Below are positions 56,301 to 62,930 of a DNA stretch of 64,000 bases, piece by piece. The stretch covers positions 17,841-81,840 of the forward strand of contig JAVBPW010000002.1 in assembly GCA_031549385.1 (NCBI GenBank), written 5' to 3'. The translations under genes were made by a program, and so were the position numbers. How positions within the stretch are numbered: position 1 is the stretch's first letter; every line of letters begins with the position of its first letter. The DNA comes from Alphaproteobacteria bacterium (GTDB lineage Bacteria; Pseudomonadota; Alphaproteobacteria; Rs-D84; SZUA-605). The notes beneath the pieces were generated by a model. That model searched no databases and was not told where the DNA came from. It was given only the letters and a program-made list of their open reading frames with translations.

Positions 56301-58394
56301 ACAGATGGTGTTTTAGTAAATGGTATTTTAAATGTTGTAAAAGGAAATTTGACTACTCAAGATTTAAATCTTTCTAAATCTTTAGCTTCAGATGTTCCTG
56401 TATTTGATTTACGCAGTTCATCTTCAGTTGATGGAGCTTCAATTGTTTCAGTTAACTCAATTAATGCAGACGCCGGAAGTAAAATTTTTATGGACATCTT
56501 TTCAGATGGAACAAGTGACGTTATAAATGTATCAGGAAATGCATTAATGAATGGTGAATTACATGTTAGAGCTGGAGTTGGTACATATAGAAATCTTACA
56601 TTTACAATTATGAATGCTAATAATTTATCTGGAGATTTAATTGATGATATTACAAGTGGTAATATTCCTACATTGGCTTTTATTGATGCTTCAAACATTA
56701 CAGATGCTAGATATGATTATAAATATGATGCAGATTCTAATACTATAACTTTATTTTTCAATGGTATTAATATGAGTAATTTTGCTAATATCTCTGGATT
56801 AACATTCAATCAAACTGAAGTAGCAAAAGCTATGGATAAGGTATCAGAAACTACAGTTGGTGATATGGCAACTATTATTAATGAGATGATAGATATCAAT
56901 GATGAACAAGTTGTAAAAGATGTTTTAAGTGAATTATCACCTTATTTTTTAGCTAATATATTACGCCCAACTCCAAATATTGCAAACAGAGCTCATTTGT
57001 ATGGAAGAATGAAGGATTATTGTGATAATTGCTATGGTGGTGGTTTGTGGATTGATGGTGGTATTAATAATACCAATTTAAAAGGAGATGAGAATTCTAT
57101 TGGTAAATTAAATTCAGTAAAGACTGGTGTTACATTTGGTTATGATTATTATTTAGCTGAAAAAAGAATTTTGCTTGGTGTTTTTGGTAATGTTACTCCT
57201 GAAACAATTGATCAAGGAAATCACAGTGCAGATGTTCAAAATATGGGTGCGGGTGTTTATTTTGGATTGTTGAAAGAAGATTGGGATGCTAAATCAGTTG
57301 TTAGCTTTGGTCTTAATAATTATTCAACTTCTAGAAAAATTTATAATCAGGCTTTGAATTTAAATAGAATGGCTGTTGCTGATTTTGGAGGATATAATGC
57401 TGATTTTGATTTAGAGTTTGGATATAAATTTAAAGTAGCTAAAACATTTAAGCTTCGTCCATATGCAGGTGCTGAAATTCAAATGCTATCATATGATGGT
57501 TTTGAAGAAACTGGTGCAGATTCTTTAAATATGAATGTTTCTTCAGGGTCAAATCTTGGAACATCAGCTCGTATTGGAGTAGGGTTAGAACAAAAACTAT
57601 CAAAAACATCTTGGTATGTTTCTGGAGAATATAATACAATATTGACAGGAAAATATATTGATCTTGAAACAAAATTTGCTAATACAGATGTTAGGTTCTC
57701 ATCTCGTGGTGCTGATATTGGAACTGGGGTTATGGCGTTTAATGCAGGAATTGATTATGATATAGATAAAAGATTTAATGTTTATGCTAGTGCTAATTAT
57801 CAAATGGGTGGTGGATTTGATGTATATGGTATTAAAGCTGGATTTAGGTTTAAGTTTTGCTCTGATAAAAGAGTATCTGCAACTCAGAAGTCTGCTTCAA
57901 ACCAAAGAGATTCTAATCAAGACTTGTATTCAAACCAGGATATATATTTAGATAAAGAGGTATCTTTAAATCAAAGAACAGCATTAGAAGTATCTTCAGC
58001 TCAAAATGTACCAGAAACACCTACAGAATATCGACGTGTTGGTGAAACTTATTATGAATTTGATAAATATACTTTAAATAAATCAACAAAGGAAAAAATT
58101 AAGATTATTGCTAATAATTATAAAGATACTGCTACAAAATTTGTTATAAAAGGACATACAGATTCTATAGGAACAGAAAAATATAATTTATCTTTATCTG
58201 AAAAACGTGCTAATGCAGTTGCTGAGTATATGATAGAATCTGGAGTAAATTCTAAAAAAATAGAATATTTAGGGTTGGGGAGCTATGACCCTGAATATAG
58301 TAATTCTTCATATTATGGCCGTGCTAAAAATCGTCGTGTTGATATAATGATGTTTAATAAAATGAAAAAAACAAAGTTAAAATTATATTTTTAA
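47397..58394 (+). CDS. giant Pmp-repeat autotransporter with C-terminal OmpA-like domain
   Basis: 3665 aa, signal peptide ...NLYA/ADW. Dozens of GGAIY/GGAVY plus FxxN repeats (Chlamydia Pmp type). Autotransporter beta-domain about 57000-57857, ending GFRFKF. Then a linker and an OmpA_C-like domain (KGHTDSIGTEKYNLSLSEKRANAV...NRRVDI). Confidence 0.85.
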   Translation: MYCCNLKFLGILSFMLCGLCANLYAADWHVPTNSLEAAITSASNNDNIIIDSNIISNLTLTPTPYVIDKVLNYSSNIPGLYSVGMYVSTVANSNRHFSFTSGASGSTFTNLALNNTQNVAVANSISKGGAIYTEGADLSFTGVTFGGNQGNRASAAGGAIYSLGGNLIINDASGFTSSTAQSTTSTGGAVYIEDATLVTNDTVIFNTNKAAFGGGIYSKNSSLTLSNTTSFTSNQATGGVNYGGAIYLDGGTLVLSGSNFASNTATGGAGGAIYNNLGVLTVGASVFNLNTSLNGAAIYNTGTLNSVGLATFTTNTASGSGGAVYNTGSNLVFTGTIFTGNKSTGANLGGGAIYNSGWDLTINDGTSFTSNTASSSGGKGGAVYSENGNVTIGAAVFTLNTASQGAALYVLNGNINIAGTVSFMSNTASAAGGAIFIQGVDVSANISGIDSNNAALFQNNISSGSFDANRKIGAGAIFFDGINAVTDISFDGTFNPNDCLLCINYATFDSNKASSGLAGAIYINNTVATISNSVFSNNSTISSNSMGGAIYNGPGAKTYIENTSFLNNFTTAASAYGGAIANSGYMKMVNVTISGNSSKTWGGAVLNSGNFVLGEAEFYPEMTIVDSYFYQNSSTSGGGGLCIGDNAIKTDVINTKFVENVGLHGGALYNETVATIIGSEFKDNMTLVGGQGGGAIWSGADWAIGEKLDISVDDTEFTGNKSNTAGGAVYLNISSSTTVDLDYPNWEYPSVNTFKVTNSTFTNNQTIVSGHGGAIYGSVTKGGDLIQDRKLILDVDNVVFDSNSAGGSGGAVYVTATYVDTANSKIGSTEVTIENSDFENNTAGVSGGAIYNSVTAAGTIANMTLMDVDFDNNSAGTSGGGLYLSGQSATTMLNVVLSNVSFTGNQVKRVATTGTSYALTGGAINNNQYVNLEFQNNHNFDSNGIDGSLTNIGTGAANFALTMNSYGGALYTASNSVINLGTFVFNFTDNYTKVIVNTTNSGTFNSTATANSAGGAFYDSTIGTIEFNAGTVFDGNNVRAEANSINTGTGAATATATAYGGAIYNSGNGIINIYNSSLFIDNSVTSVATAVGLGTETITMNAYGGAIYNTGTNSEINIIGLEKIGVDETHVVFRGNSATGGDTTTFGGAIYNAGKLNVSYALFENNTSSGSGGAIYSTNVFNLNYAEFKGNSSNIMGGAVYINATTGIFNLLTSILFDNNSSLDGGALYTKTTTNISNTVLFKNNSATQYGGAWYVSSGTTTIDGAVFDNNSAENGGAVYNNGTMNINGGTSFINNSSTSFGGAIYTMQNLTLNSTNSDITFNNNKVNGIGNDIYIGGTIARAIIINGTANNVIMNGGFATNGASSSGNYTITKSGLGSLLITADNFGFTGTSTISAGQVIVNGKWINGLTTVSGTSANNTLLRVTSDSVHEKVTISNTGTFEHLSTSLISSEINNANFKFTVVTGGTMKFMADSSLVGQLAKYNLLNNLANTANGYNTVLFKDSDVTFGTNSYQKISNGWINYTFQNSVINLSNMLSETTTFTQVTLDNATLSFDAGFKADGTLESDKLAITTLLGDNTIKLGSVYIKDGQNDTGLNKTYTSQVLMPAGLNFDSSLTTTVKSDIYEYQAVVSGKNITLTVIGAANENSLYSANAKLGTRAFNMTYFGTSPYTYNIGQSLSTTNTGTFNVVGNSAATSIISGILVDSTGVVIGSSGSFFDISGAVNFTLSNVSVVDAYKNGNGSVLFVTGTGATINLSNLILARNEVDTYGGAVYNEKTISFTGSNQLNENSAGSGGAIYNLNGGVINLTSTSFDQNIATFNGGAIYNAGTISFSSSSQFTSNTALNGGAVYNTGNITILGGSSFTNNTVTNNGGAVWNSGTVVLNSSLGNIQFSGNTATGNGNDIYNDGGNININGTANDVIIGGGISGYGNINKSGNGRLLINANSSGYIGVFTQTAGTTIFSSNMFNGTNNITAGVLELANGGVFSANTVVALSNTGIFNITTNSNITLNSGNLIGYNGTYGVANKSGTGDLTVSGDNSLFQGTFNQTSGRTFVDETSLMFNGINNISNSLLQITSSNVYEKVNIGNNGQLIHISKTETVSNINNTNIKFTGTGGNIFFNSDASLLNGTNYNLVNKIENGNLNTITFNDSNVFLGSNDYTGSTVYKFDNSVIDLNSGTITNVVFSNTNLNNTKLSFDVKFDMSGSNPILLSDTFNAGSLLGDTDIGIGIIRILNDDEDTGLSGIYTSQVLTNTSSLVFSGLSDTMFLSTNAYEYEVTTNNKNVVLSVIGASDMNSLYRMNDTVNKRGFNISYFSGSTVYYNIGQSLGTTKNGEFIVQGFDSDPDHGVISGKIVDVNNDPTGEYGSFFKLTGSTIFTLKNLTIEEAYSLNNGSVLYMTNASSTALLEKIIIQDNEVVENGGAVYVSAGLLSINNASFDSNISGMNGGAVWNSSNNSTINTTKFEDNEAVGNGGAVYNSGTITFVNLIEFISNKAVNGSALYNSGSVDFQGEVDLYSNIASGNGAIYNSGTAVFRGITTISGNEAVSGGAVYLNTGTVTFNGVSDITSNEATTGNGGAVYVASGTTLNINNNMTASSNTANSGFGGAIYLAGSLNLGGASSTTISFSGNSDSSGDNDIYMVNSALSINGLGTYSFNSGISGDTGSSISLSGSGARFNAEMTGFNGSYTQSGISSIAQIYGTLNANYTITNGTTKFKENALSSGKTITVNGNGIAQYEGLNSNNLGTVIGTGTLVVLNTLTNTGTLDVATLQINSDLVNNGVIDSDNTTINADVTNNATISGIGTTTVTSGASLLNLGTISQNKLIINSSGVVETDADDIIIVNNISNNGTLIFNSGDNSNIISGTGIVSITGIVGNTALISTNNLEIVSGAEFSSDISKLAIINPIENEGVLNLSGNGSWTKSVVGNDGIITFASGTINNTAVIQQKGFIVKSDGQLSTDGSLIQTNTDGVLVNGILNVVKGNLTTQDLNLSKSLASDVPVFDLRSSSSVDGASIVSVNSINADAGSKIFMDIFSDGTSDVINVSGNALMNGELHVRAGVGTYRNLTFTIMNANNLSGDLIDDITSGNIPTLAFIDASNITDARYDYKYDADSNTITLFFNGINMSNFANISGLTFNQTEVAKAMDKVSETTVGDMATIINEMIDINDEQVVKDVLSELSPYFLANILRPTPNIANRAHLYGRMKDYCDNCYGGGLWIDGGINNTNLKGDENSIGKLNSVKTGVTFGYDYYLAEKRILLGVFGNVTPETIDQGNHSADVQNMGAGVYFGLLKEDWDAKSVVSFGLNNYSTSRKIYNQALNLNRMAVADFGGYNADFDLEFGYKFKVAKTFKLRPYAGAEIQMLSYDGFEETGADSLNMNVSSGSNLGTSARIGVGLEQKLSKTSWYVSGEYNTILTGKYIDLETKFANTDVRFSSRGADIGTGVMAFNAGIDYDIDKRFNVYASANYQMGGGFDVYGIKAGFRFKFCSDKRVSATQKSASNQRDSNQDLYSNQDIYLDKEVSLNQRTALEVSSAQNVPETPTEYRRVGETYYEFDKYTLNKSTKEKIKIIANNYKDTATKFVIKGHTDSIGTEKYNLSLSEKRANAVAEYMIESGVNSKKIEYLGLGSYDPEYSNSSYYGRAKNRRVDIMMFNKMKKTKLKLYF

Positions 58395-58505
58395 TATCTA
58401 TAAATAAAAATCCATCTTAATACTATCTTAAATCCAAATTAATTTTAATCTTGAAATTGTGTCTGTTTGCATTATACTTCGTGGTTAAAGAATAAAGGAA
58501 ACAAA

Positions 58506-59807
58506 ATGATAGATATAAAGAAATTAATTGAAAATCCTGAAATTTATAAGGATAGTATTGCAAAGAGAAATACAAAAAATGTAGACTTAGATTTGCTTAT
58601 TTCTGTTTATAATGAAAAACGAATGACACAACAAAAAGTTGAAGATTTAAATGCTCAAATCAATAAAATTTCAAAGTCTATTGGAAATGTTTCTGCTGAT
58701 GAAAGAAAATCTGTTATTGAAGAAGGACAAAAGTTAAAAGAAACTCTGAAAGAAGTTGAGGCTAAATTCAAAGATTTAGAAGAAAAATATGTTGCTTTGG
58801 CTCTTTGTGTTCCAAATACATTGCCTGAAGATACTCCTCTTGGTTTTGAGGATAATAGCAATATAGAAGTTAGAAAATTTGGAGAACCTACAAAGTTTGA
58901 CTTTAAACCTTTAGACCATGTTGAGTTAGGCAAAAAGTTAGATTTATTAGATTTTGAAGCTGGTGCTAAAACTACTGGTGCAAAATTCTATTTTTTTAAA
59001 AATGAAGTAGTTATGTTGGAAAATGCTTTGAAAAAATTCGCTCTTGATATATTTAAAGAAAAGGGGCTTTATATGTTGAAAACTCCTGATCTTGCAAGAC
59101 AAGATATTTTGATGGGTTCAGGTTTTAATCCTAGAGGTAGTGAAAGTAATGTGTATAATCTTGAAGGAATGGACTTGAGTTTAATTGCAACTGCTGAAAT
59201 TACTATTGGTGGATATTTATCAAATTCTGTTTTTAAAGAAGAAGCTTTGCCTTTAATGTTTGCTGCTGAAAGTCAATGTTTTAGACGTGAAGCTGGTGGA
59301 GCAGGGCAGGAAAATAAAGGGTTATACAGAGTTCATCAATTTGATAAAATGGAAATGTATGCTGTTACAAAACCTGAAGATAGTAATGCTACATTAGAAA
59401 AAATAGTAGCAATTGAAGAAGAAATTTATCAAAAACTTGGACTTCCTTATAGAGTGGTTCGTGTTTGTGCTGGTGATCTTGGATCTCCTGCTTATAAAAA
59501 ATTTGATATAGAAGCATGGATGCCTGGAAAAGGTGAAAATGGAGAATATGGTGAAGTTACTTCTGCGTCTAATTGTACAGACTTTCAATCAAGAAGATTA
59601 AATATAAAATATGCGACAAAAGATAAAAAAGAATTTGCTCATACTTTGAATGGAACAGCCATTGCATTAAGTCGAGTGATTTTGGCTATTTTAGAAAATT
59701 ACCAACAAAAAGATGGAAGTGTAAAAATTCCAGAAGTGTTGATGAATTATGTAGGATTTGATGAAATAAAAGTCCCAGAAAAGTTATTTGAAGATTTTAA
59801 GGTTTAA
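58506..59807 (+). CDS. serS: serine--tRNA ligase
   Basis: N-terminal coiled-coil arm and class II motifs (FRREAG, GLYRVHQFDKME, GTAIALSR). ATG 58506; the track ORF opens at TTG 58467. Confidence 0.95.
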   Translation: MIDIKKLIENPEIYKDSIAKRNTKNVDLDLLISVYNEKRMTQQKVEDLNAQINKISKSIGNVSADERKSVIEEGQKLKETLKEVEAKFKDLEEKYVALALCVPNTLPEDTPLGFEDNSNIEVRKFGEPTKFDFKPLDHVELGKKLDLLDFEAGAKTTGAKFYFFKNEVVMLENALKKFALDIFKEKGLYMLKTPDLARQDILMGSGFNPRGSESNVYNLEGMDLSLIATAEITIGGYLSNSVFKEEALPLMFAAESQCFRREAGGAGQENKGLYRVHQFDKMEMYAVTKPEDSNATLEKIVAIEEEIYQKLGLPYRVVRVCAGDLGSPAYKKFDIEAWMPGKGENGEYGEVTSASNCTDFQSRRLNIKYATKDKKEFAHTLNGTAIALSRVILAILENYQQKDGSVKIPEVLMNYVGFDEIKVPEKLFEDFKV

Positions 59808-59813
59808 TAACAA

Positions 59814-59839
59814 GGCGGAATGATTTTCCGCTTTTTTTT
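59814..59839 (+). terminator. intrinsic terminator
   Basis: GCGGAA-TGATT-TTCCGC hairpin followed by T8. Confidence 0.75.
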
Positions 59840-60054
59840 ATTTGTGTAAATTACTTTATTAATAATCTGTTTTTCATCTAAATTATTTTTAATATATTGA
59901 TATAATATTATAAGTGATTAATAATTCTTTTGTGTCAAAAAGAAATGAAAAGTACTAAAAAATATGACAGTTTTCAAAAACAGGAAAAATTTTTTTAATG
60001 ATTTGACTTTATATATCTTATTTATTAATTTATTATAAATAATAGGAGAATATT

Positions 60055-60741
60055 ATGAATAAAAAAAATATATTAACCGTTTTAATGTTTATAACAATTT
60101 TGTTTTGTAGTATAATTTTGTATTTTACTCAAAACTCAACGAAAAAAACAAGCAATGATTTATATAATGCGGCTGAAATAGGGGATGTTGAAAATACAAA
60201 ATTTTTAATAAAAGATAATTATGATGTGAATTATTCATGTGAAAATAATTGTAAAGGCTGGACGCCACTAATGATTGCATCTGCTAATGGTCATAAAGAA
60301 ATTGTTAGTATTTTGTTGGAAAATGGAGCTGATCCTAATATTCAAAATGAATTAGGAAGAACTGCTCTTCAATATGCTGTGCGCTATGAATTTATAGAAA
60401 TAATTCAAATGTTATTGGATTATAAAGCAGACCCAAATTTAAAGGATTATACTCCTGATAATAATGAAAATGTTAATTCTCCAATGGCTGATGCATTGAC
60501 GCATAAACAAAATACTAAAATCTTAAAAATGCTAATTTTATCTGGAGGTAATCCAAATTATTCTTATTGGGATTTTACTCCTCTTATTGTTGCAGCAAGC
60601 TTTAATGATGTTTTATTAGTTAAACTTCTTCTTGAAAAAGGAGCAAATCCTTTTGTATCAAAATCAGGAATAAGTGTTGAAAATATTTCTAATAATGAAG
60701 AAATTAAAAGTTTAATTAAAAAAGCTCAAACAAATAAATAG
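60055..60741 (+). CDS. membrane-anchored ankyrin-repeat protein
   Basis: N-terminal TM helix, then about 4-5 ankyrin repeats (GWTPLMIASANGHKEIVSILLENGADPN, GRTALQYAV..., TPLIVAASFNDVLLVKLLLEKGANP). Confidence 0.8.
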   Translation: MNKKNILTVLMFITILFCSIILYFTQNSTKKTSNDLYNAAEIGDVENTKFLIKDNYDVNYSCENNCKGWTPLMIASANGHKEIVSILLENGADPNIQNELGRTALQYAVRYEFIEIIQMLLDYKADPNLKDYTPDNNENVNSPMADALTHKQNTKILKMLILSGGNPNYSYWDFTPLIVAASFNDVLLVKLLLEKGANPFVSKSGISVENISNNEEIKSLIKKAQTNK

Positions 60742-60779
60742 TCACCCCTCTGTTTTTGGGCATTGTATGTAAATGAGCT

Positions 60780-61060
60780 GAAAATCGTAAAATTTGGATT
60801 TTAAAAAGGCTTACAGGGCGACTGTATGAGCCGGAAACCCTGCAGAAGTCCGGCGGATCTGGGCAATAAAAAAGCCTTGCATACACAAGGACAATTTAGT
60901 GGTCGGGAAATAAATAAAACCAGTGCAAGCCATACAGGACATGGATTTGCTAGATATATATTATCAAATAACAGGGAATTTACAGGGAAAATTGATGTTT
61001 TTTGAAGGCAGTAAACTCAAAATTTCCATATTTTCCGCCAATTCTAGCATTTTTAGTCAA
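60780..61060. other. GC-rich ORF-free island, possible structured RNA or foreign-gene remnant
   Basis: Local G+C is visibly far above the flanks (for example GGCGACTGTATGAGCCGGAAACCCTGCAGAAGTCCGGCGGATCTGGGC). Several hairpins (GCCGGA..TCCGGC, CAGGG..CCCTG). No ORF of at least 60 aa on either strand. Confidence 0.3.
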
Positions 61061-61137
61061 AAAATTAACAGGAAATTTTAAATTAGTTATCAGGTAATAA
61101 TCTTGCAAAAACAGTTAAAATTTGTAATAATGTCAAT

Positions 61138-61605
61138 ATGTATGAAAAATTGAAAAAATATAAAAAAATCTATATTATTGGGGCATGTGGTAGTGGAAAA
61201 ACAACATTTGCTCAAAAGTTGGCTAAATATTTAGATTATCCTAATTTTACACTAGATAATGTGTACAGATATAAAGAAACTCGTGCAATTTGTTCAGAAA
61301 AAGAACGTACAAAAATATTAAACAGCATATTAAATCAAGAAACATGGATTATAGAAGGTGCACAATGCCATGATTGGATAGAGAGCATCTGGAAAAATTG
61401 CGATATTGTAATCTTATGCAATCCATCAGCATTAACAAGAATCTTTTACATTTCAAAAAGATATATTTTGAATTTGATAAGGGGGAAACATACAGATTTC
61501 CTGGTAGATATTTTTGCTACTATTAAATTTAAGAGAAACTCTTTGCCTAAATTTCAAGAATATGTTAAGAAACATAGAAAGGAAATTATTAAATTATTTA
61601 AATAA
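61138..61605 (+). CDS. small P-loop NTPase (adenylate-kinase/topology-modulation FlaR-like)
   Basis: 155 aa with Walker A IIGACGSGKTT close to the N-terminus. Size and layout match AAA_17/18-type kinases. Confidence 0.55.
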   Translation: MYEKLKKYKKIYIIGACGSGKTTFAQKLAKYLDYPNFTLDNVYRYKETRAICSEKERTKILNSILNQETWIIEGAQCHDWIESIWKNCDIVILCNPSALTRIFYISKRYILNLIRGKHTDFLVDIFATIKFKRNSLPKFQEYVKKHRKEIIKLFK

Positions 61606-61690
61606 CCAGGACTTTTATGGTTATTTTTTAAAATATGCTGCATTTTATTCATAACAGCCAAATTACTTTATATAAAAAGAGATTTTGAAA

Positions 61691-61726
61691 TTTTAAAAAA
61701 TAGAGAGATTTTACAACCTCTCTATT
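61691..61726 (-). terminator. intrinsic terminator
   Basis: Perfect 9-bp stem AATAGAGAG / CTCTCTATT (61699-61726), followed on the minus strand by TTTTTT. Begins 3 nt after the small-ORF stop. Confidence 0.7.
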
Positions 61727-61729
61727 TGG

Positions 61730-61825
61730 TTAACATTTCATCCATTGAGAAACTTCTCCACGCCAAGTAGGATTTAGTTTTGTTTCAATCCTTTTTAACG
61801 CAAGAAGTAATAGTTTTTTTTCCAT
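61730..61825 (-). CDS. untracked 31-codon ORF, candidate precursor peptide
   Basis: My own translation: MEKKLLLLALKRIETKLNPTWRGEVSQWMKC. AGGAG lies 7 nt upstream of the ATG. It sits 45 nt downstream of the radical-SAM/SPASM gene and is followed by a terminator. Confidence 0.4.
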   Translation of the reverse strand: MEKKLLLLALKRIETKLNPTWRGEVSQWMKC

Positions 61826-61870
61826 AATTATCTCCTTTTATTTATGTTAACATATACACAATAAATATTT

Positions 61871-62930
61871 TTATAGAACAAGTTTTTTTATTTCTTTGTA
61901 AAGTTTTTTTCTTTGTTCACAATAAACAAATATTCCATCGTGCGCCATTAGATTGTCTTTAACTCTCGTTGCAGGACAACCATTTCCACAAAACCTGTAA
62001 AATTCACATTTATGACATTTTTCAGGCATTTGTAAAAATACTTTTTTAAAATTTTTATATGCAATAGTTTTTTGTAAATTTTGTAAATCAGTATCTAATA
62101 TATTTCCATAACTAGCTAGTGATCTTAAATACTCACAAGGATAAAGCTGCCCTTCAGGGTCAATAGAAACCCAATTTAAACAAGATTTATCACTGCTACA
62201 AAGATTTATAGTTTTATCTGATAACCATGCAATAACTTCATCTAATTCTCTAATCATAATTTCAGGATCATTTGATTTTAACCATAAATGTAATATATCT
62301 TTAAGATATAAAAACCACTCATCTGCATTTATGCTAAAATTATCTTCAAAAGAATCAAAAACGGGACTAAATTTAATTTCTTTAAATCCATTATTTATAA
62401 CAAATTCGAAAACTTCTTTTGGATATTTAATAAATTCCTTTGTTACTGTTATTATAACAGGGGGATTTATTCCATTATCTCTTAGAATGTTAAACTCCTC
62501 TCATTACATTTTCAAAAGAACCTATTCCGTCTTTATAAATGCGATTTGTATTATGAATTTTTTGTGATCCGTCTAAACTAATACTAACTTTAAAATCATT
62601 TTCTTTAAAGAATTTTGCAAAATCGTCTGTTATTAGTGTAGCGTTAGTTTGAATTAAGTTTTGTATTTTATGTTCTTCAGTTTTATACTTATTAAGTATT
62701 TTAACAAATGTTTTATAGAATTCAATACCGGGGATTAAAGGTTCTCCGCCATGCCAAGAAAAGAAAATATTTTTTTGATATTGAAAGAATTTTTTTACTG
62801 TTGCCTCTAGTATATTTTCTGGCATTATTTGTATTTTTTCCTTAGAGAAAGGGGCTGCATAGCAATATTTGCATTTTAAATTACAGTTGCTTCCAACTGG
62901 TTTTACTTGTATTCCAAAATTTTTCATCAC
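61871..62930 (-). pseudogene. radical SAM/SPASM (anSME-like) gene interrupted by one frameshift
   Basis: N-terminal half 62490-62930 (CNLKCKYCY, SWHGGEPL). The SPASM half continues without a stop in the +1 frame from about 62497 down to 61871 (...EFNILRDNGINPPVIITVTKEF...CHKCEFYRFCGNGCP). A single frame switch is needed near 62490-62500. Confidence 0.7.

Noticed and set aside
60780-61060. Calling the GC-rich island as RNase P RNA, a TPP riboswitch or group II intron domain V.
   Set aside because: Only short motif fragments match. I could not find the P4 3-prime strand (ACAGAAxCCGGCUUA-like) or the GGUAAGAGC region of RNase P. The CUGAGA box of the THI element is missing. The GAGCCGGA...UCCGGC hairpin lacks the bulge and GNRA upper stem of domain V. 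It is kept only as an unexplained island.
62331-62567. 78-aa plus-strand ORF.
   Set aside because: It is antisense to the radical-SAM gene and spans its frameshift region. The minus-strand +1 frame across the same bases translates to credible anSME-like sequence.
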